A stretch of DNA of 64,000 bases from Octopus vulgaris (GCA_951406725.2 OX597821.1:15934001-15998000), one strand, 5' to 3'. Shown: positions 1-14,835, counted from the stretch's first letter. Made by a program: numbers and translations. Notes: a model not told the origin generated them from the letters alone.

Positions 1-410
1 TTTGTCACCGGGGCATGCTATGTCGATAATCATACATGTTCTTACTTTTTTATTCACCACATCTCCGATGTTTGGTCTGGTGATCGGACTGGACCATTGC
101 ATCCCACTGGATTTTCCAGTTCTTGTTTTCGATGATTCCTTCGGCTGTTTGCTCATAGCACGTCTTTGCTCTTTCTAGGCCGTGATTTCCACAAAGCTCC
201 CAATGGATCATTCTTGCAACATTGTCATGACATTTTTGTATCAACTTATGTCAATTTCGGGCATTCTCTAACGATGTGCCATACAGTTTGAATCCTCTCA
301 CCAATCATTCTGCGTTTGTTACTATCGGTAGTGTTGTCTATTCTGCACTTCAAATAGTTGGTCCTTAACGCTTGTTCCTGAGCTGCGCATATGAGTGCTT
401 CTGCCCCCAT
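1..410 (-). mobile_element. Dong/R4-type (RLE) non-LTR retrotransposon fragment, degenerate; zinc-knuckle/restriction-like endonuclease region
   Basis: Minus-strand translation gives EALICAAQEQALRTNY...TVWHIVRECPKL..HDNVARMIHWELC...WKIQWD...CMIIDIACPGDK, the R4/Dong C-terminal signature; contains stops and frameshifts. Confidence 0.8.
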
Positions 411-425
411 TGGTATTATTATTAT

Positions 426-580
426 TTACGTTCTGAGTTAAAATTCCGCAGGGGTCGACTATGCCTTTTATCCTTTCGGGGTTGATAAAATAAGTACCAA
501 TCGAGCACTGAGTGAATGCAATCGACTTACTCCTCCCCTTATAATCGACTTACTCCTCCCCTTGTGGAAAATTTGAAGCC
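426..580 (+). mobile_element. SINE fragment, family 2 (Nin/Deu-like core)
   Basis: ttctgagttaaaattccgc...gcctttatcctttcggggttgataaaataagtacca core; recurs at 2195, 5141, 38946, 48368, 59525. Confidence 0.7.
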
Positions 581-599
581 AGTATTATTTATATATACA

Positions 600-925
600 T
601 TATTATTAGTAGTAGTAATTTTACACTAGGCACATGCATTACAACCATATGTGCGTGATATATTGATCTCATATCAAGACAAACAGCTTGTGACCTTGCG
701 GTGTTTGTTTATTTTACAGGATATTTATGGTAGAGATTCTGTTTCACATTTTATATATTACCTTATTTGGATTCTACAATTGAACTGAAAGTGACTTGTG
801 TAGGAACTGGGCTGTTCCTAGCAGTTCTAAGTTTTGGATAGTGCGTGGTATTCACGGATAGGTGTAGTTTCCACTTTATTTTCGTAAGTTTTTTATCATA
901 CCCAATGCTCGAAATATTACTCGAA

Positions 926-930
<5 letters not shown>
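600..930 (-). mobile_element. Dong/R4-type LINE 3' terminal fragment flanked by (TAA)-rich tracts
   Basis: Minus strand reads IFRALGMIKN...LLGTAQFLHKSLS, matching the Dong C-terminus (GALG.I..LLGTAHILRK); TAA/TAG repeats on both sides. Confidence 0.55.
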
Positions 931-958
<28 letters not shown>

Positions 959-2194
959 CATTATTATTATCATCATGATTAGTATCAATTTATTTCAGTT
1001 CATTTTTTCTGAGCAAATTTATTTGCACCTTTCATTGTCATTTACAATATACTACACGCTAACCATGGAGGAATAGTTGGTTTTCATGAACGCACACCCC
1101 ACATGTTAATGCATGCATTGGTGTATATCTTAATAACTGTCCCACACTTTTACAAATCACCTACTTTTGTAACTCTTTGCGTAGTATTTGAGAAAGATAT
1201 ATCGATTTAATAACATTACTGGAAAATTAACTGCGAGAATTGTTTCTTCGAAAGAAACCGATGCCATAGACTATTTTGAGAATATAACTAAGGCATCAGA
1301 CTTGTATATTGTGTAGTATTATTCAAGGAAATAACTAACAATTGGGTAGAAGTAACTCACTACCTGAAGCAAAGTAAGTAGTCATTTTGATACCTGAGAG
1401 CCCTGCCAATCAATCTTGTCTGAGGTACACTTCATTAAGTGGAAGCATTCAATGGTGTTCCGGCCATCCAATATGTCCCCTACTATATCCATGTTATAAC
1501 CTTGTCTGTGAGATACGTTTCAACAATGTAGCTTTATACGGACCACAAACAGTAGCAATCATTGTAATTCTTTGACAGAACACTGACAATAAAATTACAA
1601 TAAAATTCAACATCTGAAACTCTAGAGAACAATGGTTCTTAAGAAATAAAGTTAAGTGAAGTAAAATAAATTATGTTGGCGAGCTATTTGCCGAGAAGAT
1701 ATTTCTGCAGTTAAGAAATAAATACAAATGTTATCTATTCTTAAAAGTAATCATCAAGCGAGATCTTTCAAATTCGGTGGAGTGTAATGGAATGTTTTGT
1801 ATGGCATTAGTAAATCGGTAAATGTGATCAGTCACCTTCTGAGAAGGCATCGAGTTATTAATCAATCTTTCATCTGTCTTTCATCCTATATATGTTTATA
1901 TGTTTAGTGCCACAATACGTTTCGTGTCTTTCTTTACAGTTACATACTAATATATAACCGAAATATCAGGCATTGAAATTTACGCATTCATCATAATAAT
2001 TAACACAAGTAATGTCTACGATATATATTGAGTATACATGTTTAATTCATCGTATATTAATACACATAACCACACACATACATATCATTGTGATTGTAAT
2101 TTTATATGTTAGACCATTTTACGCTCAAAACATTAAGTCGGCCTCCACTTAACTTTGGCTCTCATTGTCATTCTTTCAGGTTGTCTATGATTGT

Positions 2195-2400
2195 GACATA
2201 GCAGAATCGATAGTGCGTTGGACAAAACGGTTTGCGTTGTTTCAATCGGGTTTTATGCTCTAAGCTCTAATTCTGAAAGGTACAAAATAAGTTTACCTTT
2301 CTGAGGTCACTAAAATAAAGTACCAAAATATGTTGTGGTCGATGGTATTGACATATGTCCTACACTCGAAAGTGCTCGGTTTGTGACTAAATCAGAATCA
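2195..2400 (+). mobile_element. Old SINE copy, family 2
   Basis: gcagaatcgatagtgcgttggacaaaa head and taaaataaagtacca core, diverged relative to 38946-39150. Confidence 0.5.
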
Positions 2401-4072
2401 GATCTCATTAATAAATGTCTTGATTTCGCTCAACGCCTGTATATTCACGCCTGCATTCACAGAACTGGTAAGTACTGGTAATAGTATATTATACTGATGA
2501 GGTCTAATCACATAGAAACATGGTCAGAATAATGCCGAAAAGACAGACTAATTCCAGATATATTTTGCCATTCGTTATGAATAAGTTTAGAAATGTCTAT
2601 TAATTTTTACAAGAATAAGTTATGAATTTGACAAGAATTGGCCTGAAAGATCTATCACCAAGTAAATGCTAAATGTATGATTCCTCTACGTGTAACCCTT
2701 TAAGTAACAGAAGTATGAATACTTTGCGGGGCTAGAGAATGGTTTAAAACTCGGACGAGGTAAGAATGTCTTAAGAGAGTATCTACAATACGTTTGTCAC
2801 CAGCTCCATACTTTCAGCTATATATTTATTGTTTAACACATAATAACTTTGGCAATTTAGAATTATATTAAGCAAAGCTGTTTATAAAACGGCATAATAA
2901 TGAAAAAATGAAACAAAACTGCTAGCGTTCTAGAGGTCGTATCAATGTTGCTGAACCATTTAAAATCCAATGTAATGATTTCATGTATACCTGTAAAACA
3001 TGATGATTCGCATCATTTTCTGCCTATCATGTATTATCTCGTAGCCTGGAGATTTCGTTGATGCGAATGTTTAATTTCAGAAAAGCCTTGAGTAATGGTG
3101 TACTTGGCCGGTGTACTAAAAATAGGGTAGGTTACATGCAAAAAAAATTGAAATAAATGGGAACTTGCAGGAGTTACACGCATTATTTTTTTCGATTATA
3201 TCTTGAAATCTAACCTCATTTCTCGCTACACCCGAATCCCTTCATCTGCAAAAGAACTGTAAACCTATTGATTTTATCTAATTCTAAATCAACACTTAGA
3301 TTCAACTCCCAATCTTGCAGTAGATTTAACGCAAAATCTAATGTTTAGCATTTTGACCAACCTCTATTTGCCATACATGTACGGTTGTATACTACCCACC
3401 GTTTGCTATAAACTTCTGTAGTAATAATTGATCTTTATGTATATCAGTTTCCACTAGTTTAGGCTATAATACAGAAGCTACGGTTAACGCCTCTTCATTC
3501 TCAATTGCGAAATTAAATTAAGAATACAAAATACTCAATAAACATGACCAGGTGCAAGTTAATAACATTTTACTCTAAAGAGTTTTGAATGAAGCAACAA
3601 CTAAAATGGTACTGCAAGCAAAAAGGCGGAAAAGAATCCGATCGCATCAAAGACAAAATAAATTGAAGACACATTAAAATGAAATTTGCTCAAATAATAT
3701 AACATTTCATATCAAAATAGAAATGAGAAATTTCGTTGTAAATTAACAACAAACAAAGAACTCAAAAGCTCTTTGCTATTTAGATATCAAAAGGAAAAAA
3801 AATATAAGAAAAAAGTGATTAAAGGGGAAAAACCCAGCAATAATATTAATGACCCATCAATAACATGAAGGACGACAAAGCTAATGAACAATGTTTCCAG
3901 AAATAAAATTTGCCAGAGAATATTTATTCTAAAAAAAAAAATTGGTATTGGAATTGGATAAAATTTGTTGATCATTTTAATATGCGTACTGAGTTATACT
4001 ATAGAATAGAATTAAACTTGTGAAGGATATTTGCACTAAAATTTATACACCGATTGATTTTGATAGCATTTC

Positions 4073-4225
4073 TTATTATTTACATTATTTACATTTGACG
4101 GATATTTGTTCCTATCTTGTTTGTTATTAACACAACGTTTGGGCAGATATACCCCCCAGCGTTCATCAGGTGTCATGGGAAAATTTCGAGCCTGCGTTCT
4201 CATTTCTAAGGTATTTTTCGATGAT
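4073..4225 (-). mobile_element. Hammerhead-bearing short element (headless copy of the 41313-41618 family)
   Basis: Aligns by eye to 41313-41437; contains a degenerate type I hammerhead at 4129-4174 (-): GACAC CUGAUGA A-CGCUG...CUGCC CAAA CGUU GUGUU. Confidence 0.7.
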
Positions 4226-4470
4226 ATTACATTACAATACATTACAATACAAAATTACAATATATTTTATTATATTACAATACTGAATCACAATACATAT
4301 ATATATGTATGTATTGTAATTTTTTGTGCCCAATATTTTAATGAACTTTTTTATATTTTCCCAAGATGTTTTTAACATGTTCTTATTATTACCAAAGAAT
4401 GTATAGATGTATTACAATATTTTCTGACAACCAGTACCTCACAAGACAAAGCTTTTACATTTTTGACAAT

Positions 4471-4880
4471 AGGCACAGGAGTGGCTGTGTGGTAAGTAGC
4501 TTGCTAACCAACCATATGGTTCCGGGTTCAGTCCCACTGCGTGGTATCTTGGGCAAGTGTCTTCTGCTATAGGCCCGGGCCGACCAATGCCTTGTGAGTG
4601 GATTTGGTAGACGGAAACTGAAAGAAGCCTGTCGTATATATGTATATATATGTATGTATGTGTGTGTGCTTGTGTGTCTGTGTCTGTCCCCCTAGCATTG
4701 CTTGACAACCGATGCTGGTGTGTTTGCGTCCCCGTCACTTAGCGGTTCGGCAAAAAGAGACCGATAGAATAAGTACTGGGCTTACAAAGAATAAGTCCCG
4801 GGGTCGATTTGCTCGACTGAAGGCGGTGCTCCAGCATGGCCGCAGTCAAATGACTGAAACAAGTAAAAGAGTAAAGAGTA
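4471..4880 (+). mobile_element. Full-length tRNA-derived SINE, family 1
   Basis: A-box gtggctgtgtggtaag, B-box gggttcagtccc, internal (TA/TG)n, LINE-like 3' tail ggcggtgctccagcatggcc...gaaac plus a taaaagag repeat; near-identical to 57504-57916. Confidence 0.9.
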
Positions 4881-5077
4881 ATCATTTTTTTAAAACAGTG
4901 AAACCGGTCAAGTGAATACACATCTTTTAAAATTGCATTTTCAAACATTCTTTCATATATATATATATAAGTGTAGTGTCTGTTAACTAAATATTTCCTT
5001 CTCGCTAGATCATTGGTAACAAAGAATTTTTCGATAAATATTTTTGCTACCCTAAGATTGTTTAATTAATGATTGAT

Positions 5078-5140
<63 letters not shown>

Positions 5141-5142
<2 letters not shown>

Positions 5143-5232
5143 TTCTACTCTAGGAACAAGGCCCGAACTTTTTGGTAAGGGGGCCAGTCGATCAGGGAAC
5201 GCAACTGGTACTTAATTTATTGACCCCGAAAT
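5141..5232 (-). mobile_element. SINE family 2, 3' fragment
   Basis: caactggtacttaatttattgaccccgaaa is the reverse complement of the family 2 core. Confidence 0.6.
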
Positions 5233-5325
5233 ACACATACACACACACGAACAAATATATATACATATATATTATATGTATATATACATATATAAAATAT
5301 ATATACATATATATAATATATATAC

Positions 5326-5408
<83 letters not shown>

Positions 5409-6486
5409 CATGTAAGCATGTATGTATGTGTGTGTGTGTCTATATTTATCTATATTTATATATCAAGATAAATATAGTATTTTTCATCTTTATTCATTTT
5501 GCAAAACGTTTGATTGTTCTATTTTAATCTCAACTGATATTTCAGTTATATTTTATAATGGCCTAATATATTGCTAGTACTTTCAAAATGTATGGCATAT
5601 ATATATATAGACAACCACGAATTAATAAATTATCTATTTTAGAAATATCGATTAATTCACTTTAACGGATTAGATATCTCTTGTGCTACACATCTGCCTT
5701 CACGATAATTTTATACCCACACACACGTACGCAAACACACACACACACGCACCAACATAATCGCATATTTCCAAATACCGGTAACTACTATCGTAATTCA
5801 AAATGTCTTGCTTTGTGAACAACTCTCACAAGTAGAACTTAAATCAAACTCAAAAACACTCATACATACAGCGTATGCCGCTTCTGATAAAACCCACTAA
5901 AATATTTATATAGATATTTATATCATGCTTAATTTCACACTAACTATCACATGCACGCAATGAAACAGCAAACAGGCAAGTGGACAGGCACGTGGTGAAA
6001 AAGAGAAATCTACAAACGTCAAAGAGTAGTAATATCAACGGCATTTACTTCATTGAGATAAATGTTAGCCCGCTGTATAGCTGTAAGATTCAACTACCAT
6101 CAACAGATACACACATAAATATATACTGGCTCACACAAATATACTTACGCTCATTGTACACTTACTTTCATTGTACACGTATATCCAAGAGTTGCAGGTT
6201 CAATGAAACATGGGATGAGGGAATAAATAGCTCGTTATATTAAAAATGGTTACAAACGATCTTTAAGAAAATAGTGATTCAAGCCAGAGGAATTTTCGTC
6301 TCGAACGAAATAAAAAAAAAAAACCTTTAGTAGAGTCAAAACCGGCAAGTTTTCAGTGGCTTTGAGTTATGAGGGACGTTTACCTAGTGGATACATTTCC
6401 TACTATAATTTATGCAAACTTGAAAAGTACATATTAAATGACTTCCAAATATCACTATTTGGATTTACTTCACTATTAGAACAATG

Positions 6487-8048
<1,562 letters not shown>

Positions 8049-9224
8049 TGTTACGGTTGGCTAGGTGCATTTCTGGTGACCCACATAGGAATAATGGCAC
8101 CATGATGTCTGGTGAAATGTGACGGGTTCTTTGTCTAATGGAGGACTGATGGGTTTTGGAATGACCTGTGACCTCGTGTGGTTGATTAGAGGGTCAGTGA
8201 GAATGTGAAAGAGGAAGACAGATTAAGGGAATCTAAGAGCAGATGGAGAGGGTATTGACAGTAAGAGAAAAGGGACAGATTAAGGGCTGAGAGCAAATAG
8301 AGATAGGGTATAAGCAGTAGAGGACGGATGGAGAGGCTAAGAGACAGCAGCCGATATAGATAGAGTAAGGAATCAGATAGCAAATAGAAAGGCTAAGAGA
8401 CAGCAGGCGATATAGATAGGGTATAAGGACCAGGGCAGTTAGAAAGGGTAAGAGCGATATAGACAGAGGGAGATGAGGGGAGTGGAAGAAGGACAGAGAC
8501 GAAGTGAGGTCTGGTAGTTCGCGGTTGGTCGTCAAGAAGGGCAGTCGCTGGCCGGTCCTCGAAGAAGACAGACGGACCTTGGATTTAAGGAGCAAGCGTT
8601 GGAATTCTTAGGAGCAAGTTGGATGCGAGAAAGCTTGGCGGCACAGAAGGGAATTAGCAGTATTCAGAGGAATTAGCAGTATTCAGAGGAATGGGACACT
8701 GGCAGATTCAATTAGGAATTGAGGTATGTGTTTGTGCATTGATATGTGTCACGGTGTATTGAACAGTGAAAAGAACAGTCAAGGACTCTGTCGATGTGGT
8801 CGATAAAGGACATTGTGAAGAAGAAGAGTAAAGGACTTGTTGATTGTGATGTTTAGGAAGAGACTTTAAAGAACTGTTGTCTTGGGACGTGTACTCTTGA
8901 ATTGTTACATGATGTTGTATTATGCTTTGAGTTGTACTCTTGAAATGCTGTTGTATTATGTATTGAGTAGTCACGTGCATGCTTTGATGTATCTTGATGT
9001 TGTAACAATTGTAATTGTCGTATAAACTGTTGTTTGAATATAAGCCAGTGTTGCCAGTTGTTGCCTTGCCTCTTTGGGTTGTATCTCGGGTTGTGCCTCT
9101 GTATCTCTGTGCTGTTGAGGTTGTGGCAGTATCTATCTGTATCTCCTCTCTCCGCCTCTTTGGGTTCCGTGGCGGAACTTGTGTGAGCCGTTCGGGACGG
9201 GCGATGACGGGTGATTCCGTAACA
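8049..9224 (+). mobile_element. 5' LTR (~1176 bp) of a Gypsy-type LTR retrotransposon
   Basis: Begins TGTTACG and ends CGTAACA (7-bp terminal inverted repeat); followed 2 nt later by a PBS; internal GA-rich tandem repeats. Confidence 0.85.
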
Positions 9225-9226
9225 AC

Positions 9227-9244
9227 TGGTGTCAGAAGTGGGAT
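9227..9244 (+). promoter_or_regulatory. Primer-binding site complementary to the tRNA-Leu 3' end
   Basis: TGGTGTCAGAAGTGGGAT is the reverse complement of ATCCCACTTCTGACACCA (recalled tRNA-Leu(CAA) 3' end with CCA). Confidence 0.85.
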
Positions 9245-9252
9245 TGTCCTGA

Positions 9253-10480
9253 TTGCTGCGTTTCGATCGGTTCTTTTTCGCTATGGATCTGTCTGGCTGT
9301 CAGACCGGAGACGAGGGGATTTCGCTTGCCCTGATTGTGGAGATGTTAAGGGGCCAGATGGCGCAGACGGATACGTTCATGGAAAGGATGGACGACAGGC
9401 GACAGGGCCTGTGGGCAGATCAGCGGGAGCTTGAGGTTGCGGATGGGTCAGCTTTGGAGGATCGGTGTCGGACCGGGGATAGCGACGGTCCTGTGGGCAG
9501 AGATTGCCCGTCGAACGAAGCATCGAGAGAAGCGGAACCTGTGCTGGTTGCCGAAATTTGTGAAGCTGTACCCAAGAAATCTTGTGATTTGGAATCCGTA
9601 GAGGTTAAGGAATCTGAAAGGCCTGTTGAAGGTGTTATGGCTGATGCTGTTGTTCCGTGTCTGGGGCCCTTGGCATCTCGACCCCTGTCTCTCGGAACTC
9701 GGGACGAAGAGCTGGCGAGGGCTGGGGCGGATGTCGCTGAATCCGAGGTTCCGGCTCTGTGTGTGATGGTCGCGGCAGGTGTTGTGCCGTGTGCGGGTCC
9801 TTTGGTGTCTGGACCCCTGTCTCTTGGGGCCCGGAAGGACTGTATGGTTCCCACTGTGGAGAGGCCACAGGAGTGGATGGACTGGCGGCCGGCGTGTGTG
9901 TTGTGAGGCCTGCGGTACGGAGGCTGGTGAGGAAAAGGACCAAGCCCGTTGACGAGGCAAGACGGCTGCGAGCGGTGGTGGGTCCACTGAGACCAGGAAG
10001 ACTGCTTCAGCGTTGGGTGAGCTTTGTGGTTGATGGTTGCTTGGGGCCGGTGGAGCCCGACAGGCAGTGCATCGTAAAAGCTCAGTTGAGGGTCGGGTGG
10101 ACTCTAGTGGAAGCAGAAGCTGGCTGAGCGCTGGCTGGGTCGGCGGATCTTTTGGAAGTGGCACAGGCGATTTGTGGAAGGCAAATCGAGGAATCGTGCC
10201 AGATGGCGAACCAGTGGTGGGGCCAGTTCTGCCGATACGGCAACGCAGTTGAAGGAGTTGGTGGCCCACTGATGCAGTTGAGGAGGCGGTCCGCAAGGAG
10301 TCGCTGGTGCTTTGTTGGCACTTGGGGGAGCTCTGTATTTGATGGTTGCGTGGGGCCGGTGGAGCCCGACATGCAGTGCGGAGTAAGAGCTCAGTTGAGG
10401 GTCGGCTTGACCCTGGTGAAGGCAGAGTCTGACAGAGCGCTGGTTGGGTCGGCCGAGTTATTGAATTTGGTTCGAATGAA
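9253..10480 (+). pseudogene. Truncated gag-like internal region of the LTR element; no pol and no 3' LTR
   Basis: GC-rich block directly after the PBS; ORF 9253-9906 (ATG ~9283, helical N-terminus); internal duplications (~9640-9700 vs ~9770-9830; ~10030-10110 vs ~10335-10420). Confidence 0.55.
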
Positions 10481-10742
10481 GTAGATTTCCCAGAAAATTA
10501 GTACTCGAAATTTAATACGAATACAGAGGTTCATGCTTTGTTATTTAAGAAACGAAGGATACAATCGTTTCAATCTACAATGTTGTGCTCAATTCAGAAA
10601 CACCAATGATTGGCCGAAAAGGTCCATTACAATGCCATTATGTAATGTACAAGCACTCCCACGCTTGTACATAGATATTATACATACGCACAAACGTATG
10701 GATAAATGAGTTGATATATACGTGCATGCTTTTATATATATG

Positions 10743-10803
<61 letters not shown>

Positions 10804-10834
10804 CTATATATATATGTATATCTATATATGTATA

Positions 10835-10889
<55 letters not shown>

Positions 10890-11316
10890 GTGGGTGTGTA
10901 GGTTCTACCTGAGATGTACCTGCTGGCATGGAGAGGAAGGTGCAGGCTGCCGTTTTGCACATCGGGGAACCTGCCGCAGAGACACGAAACAGATCAGAAA
11001 CAAACTAACAAAAGGAAAAGCGATGGACCACGCACCACCTGCCCCAAAACGGAGGTACGCAGATGTGGTGCGTGCCACAAACGGCCAACATGATGTTGTT
11101 GAAAGGGCAGCAGCTGAAAAAGAATCTTTTTTGTGCATGGCACAAAAGATTATACAGCAGCTAACCTGGTTTCATCAAACCCAAGCTCGCAGATGGGACT
11201 ACCCACAATATACAAGACCACCACAGCAAACAGATCAAGGTGGACACCGCCGGCAACAGCATACACCTCACCTCGATGCTCCTACTGAACATCAGAGGAC
11301 TGCAAACACTCAGTAA
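10890..11316 (+). pseudogene. LINE A ORF1 C-terminal remnant with CCCH zinc finger
   Basis: [22 protein letters not shown]...YADVVR...[13 protein letters not shown], homologous to LINE B ORF1. Confidence 0.8.
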
Positions 11317-14235
11317 CAGGACAAAAATCCCGTTCTTGAGAGACTTTGTTGCATGCAATCAAGCCTTATGCATAGCACTTACGGAAACGCACCTGAAACC
11401 GGACATAGCAGATGCGGAATTACACATACCACAGTATGTTGTACTACGGACCGACAGAAAAGAATGGAGTCATGGAGGAGTCGCTATGTACATCCGTGAG
11501 GACCTCACACCCCACGTCCTTTTGTCATACTCAAACTCGGTGTGCTACACACTAATTGTGCATATAAGGCAACTTGATGTAGTTGTGTGTGCTACATATC
11601 GCCCTCCAGATGCCCCAAGCCATGTAGGCAAGTTTGAAGACTGCCTTATAAAAATAGAATAAGTTCTAATCACATTAGAACAACACATAAGTGTACTTCT
11701 TATGGGAGACTTCAATCTACCCAATGTCAGATGGTCCGTGTGCCTTTCTCTCCCAGGAATGACAAGATGTGAACGAGGACAGGCGAGGTCCCTCCTGAAC
11801 CTCATCAACACCCTGTACATGGAGCAAGTAATACTCCAACCAACCAGGGCAGGTAACACACTGGATCTCTGCTTCACAAATAATATGGATCTCATCCATA
11901 ATGTGAAAGTGACACCGACACTACTCTAAGATCACAACATGGTAGAGCTGACCATGTACGGGCCAAAGGATAGCATGGACATGCAGCCTACAGGAAACCC
12001 TCAGAATCTTTCCAGCTTGAACTTCCATAAGGCAAACTGGAAACAAATTGAAAAGAGATCCTCAAACAAAACTGGCCTGAATGTCTCTCCTCGCCGGACA
12101 TCGACGTGAAACTTCAACAATTCATGTCTGTAATGCAAGCCATATGCTACAAATGTGTCCCAGAGAGAAAGGCCACTGTACACAAGAACAAAATCCCCAG
12201 AGAGAGGGAAATTTTAATGAGACGACGTACAAAAATTTCAAATCGCCTAAACAAACAAATTGAAAGCAGTGAAAAGTCCCGCCTGAAAATAAAACTGTTG
12301 GACATTGAAAAATGTCTGCAACTCTACCATGAAAAGGAGAGAGCAGACAAAGAAGCCTGGGCTATAGACAACATAAAATCTAACCCCAGAGCTTTCTACA
12401 GGTATGCCAAAGAAACAGCTACGGTGCACTGTAGGATAGGGCCACTCCTTGAAAAGGATGGCACACTCACAGGAAAACCAATGAAGGTAAGTGAAATACT
12501 GAATGAGCAATTCAAGAGTGTTTTCACTCCACCCCTTGGGCATTTGCAAATCACCAATCCAACTGACTTCTTTACCACTGCAGATATAAAATCAGAGGCG
12601 GCGACGATAAATTACATCGATATAAAGGAAGACGATGTAATAAAGGCTATAGATGAAATGAAAACAGACTCAGCTACTGGCCCCGATGGATTCCCGGCAA
12701 TCCTCCTAAAAGTATGTAAGAGAATCCTAGCAAGACCACTGCAGTTCCTCTTTCAGAGCTTCCTTGCAGCTGGCAAACTTCCAAGAAAACTGAAGGAAGG
12801 TAAAATATGCCCTATTCATAAAGGAGGTAGCAGAGCGGAGGCCAAGAACTACAGACCTATCTCTCTGACCTCACACATCAGCAAGGTCATGGAACGAATA
12901 GTCAGAAGAAAACTGATCACCTTCCTTGAAGAAAATGACTTGCTGCCTGACACTCAACATGGTTTCCGATCAGGAAGAAGCTCCTTAACTCAGCTCCTAC
13001 AACACTATGACTGGGTGCTGAAACGACTGCTCAACCACTCAAATGCGGAAGTCATATATCTCGACTTTGCAAAGGCCTTTGATAAAGTCGATCATGGAAT
13101 GATATGTCACAAACTGCGTGATCTCAGCATAGTTGGAAAACTGGGAGAATAGCTACATGACTTTCTGAAAGATAGAAGTCAGGTGGTAGCAGCCAATGGG
13201 GCCACTTGCATTAGCACGCAAATAGTGAGCGGTGTTCCACAGGGCACTGTTTTGGGACCACTTCTGTTCATAATGGCCCTCTCAGACATGCCCTCAGCCA
13301 CGCGGAGAGCCACGATCACAAGTTATGCAGATGATACAAAAGTTTCACAGGCAATACAGAACCCTGAAGACACTAGGCACCTGCAATATGAGCTGGACGA
13401 AATATACAAGTGGCCTGAAAAGAATAGCATGCAGTTCAATGCTGAAAAGTTTCAAGCTTTATACTATCAGCATGCAAAACTGAATGCAATACCCAATGAA
13501 TACACTGGACCCGGAGGGATTGCAATCCCAGAGGCACAATCAGTGCGTGACCTGGGTATTCACATGAGTGATGACGCGACCTTTCATGTACATGCTGCTA
13601 AACTGACAATGAAATGTAGACGGCTGGCTGGATGGATTCTTAGAACCTTTAGAACAAGAGAACAAGAAACCATGATGGTCCTCTGGAAGACACTTGTCCT
13701 AAGCCACTTTGATTATTGCTCTCAGCTATGGTCACCATCCAGTGTCAAGTTGATCACAGAACTTGAGGCGATCCAACGAAGCTACACGAAGAAGATAGCC
13801 TCTGTGCAGCATACGAGCTACTGGGAAAGACTCAAGAGATTAAAGCTCTATTCCCTGGAGCGTAGGCGAGAAAGATATGCCATAATATATATCTGGAAGA
13901 TCCTGGAAGGTCTTGTCCCAGACTTTGGCATCGAGAGTCACACAAACGCCAGAACCGGACGCCACTGCCTAGTACCAAGGACTCCAAATTTGCCATCAAG
14001 ATGTAGGACAAGATATTGTGATAGCCTGGGCTTCAGAGGCCCACGGCTCTTCAATATCCTCCCGAAGAACCTGAGGGACCTGCATGGTGTAGATGCGGAT
14101 GTCTTTAAAGTAGGACTGGATCTCTTCCTGTCAGGTGTCCCAAATGAACCAACATCACGGCAGGAGGTGCAGATGAGGGCAGCTGCATCGAACTCTCTCA
14201 TGCATCAGATGGCGTTTGCTAAAAAGCATCCGTGA
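11240..14235 (+). pseudogene. LINE A ORF2 (AP endonuclease + reverse transcriptase), interrupted by stops and frameshifts
   Basis: LLNIRGL, ALTETHL, GDFN, TLDLCF; NYRPISLTS, QHGFR, YLDFAKAFDKV, GVPQGTVLGP, SYADD; ORF pieces 11240-11662, 11702-11929, 12106-13152, 13183-14235. Confidence 0.95.
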
Positions 14236-14326
14236 GGTAAACCCGTGTAGCAAACCAAATGGCGGTGCCCCAGCATGGCCACAGCTCATTAGCTGAAACT
14301 GGAAAAATCAAAATCAAATCAAAATA

Positions 14327-14364
14327 GTATACATATATATATACATATATACATACATATATAC

Positions 14365-14395
<31 letters not shown>

Positions 14396-14722
14396 CATAT
14401 ATATACATATATATATACATATATATACATATATATATACATATATATACATATATATACATATATATACATATATATACATATATACATATATATATAC
14501 ATATATATATATATCTATATACGTATATATATATATATAAATATATATATATGTATATGTATATAAATATACATATATAAATATACATATATATATATAT
14601 ATATAAATATACATATATACATATAAATATACATATATATATATACATACATATATATATATATACATATATATATACATATACATATATATATATATAC
14701 ATATATATATACATATATATAT

Positions 14723-14777
<55 letters not shown>

Positions 14778-14835
14778 CATATATATACATGTATATATAT
14801 GATATATATATATATATACATGTTTATATATAGGA

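Larger units (their letters stand above)
10890..14325 (+). mobile_element. LINE A: 5'-truncated, decayed APE-RT non-LTR retrotransposon between TA tracts (CR1/L2/Proto2-like; clade unresolved)
   Basis: ORF1 remnant with CCCH finger; ORF2 pieces with APE and RT motifs; 3' tail of CAAA(A)T repeats; TA tracts at 10740-10889 and 14327-14888. Confidence 0.95.

Noticed and set aside
4424-4914. Hammerhead split by the SINE (CUGACAA at 4424; GAAACCGGUC at 4900)
   Set aside because: Core mismatch and weak stems; cannot be supported without a consensus
14261-14299. LINE/SINE 3' hairpin + GAAAC as a hammerhead
   Set aside because: No upstream CUGANGA and no NUH/stem I; better explained as an RT recognition signal
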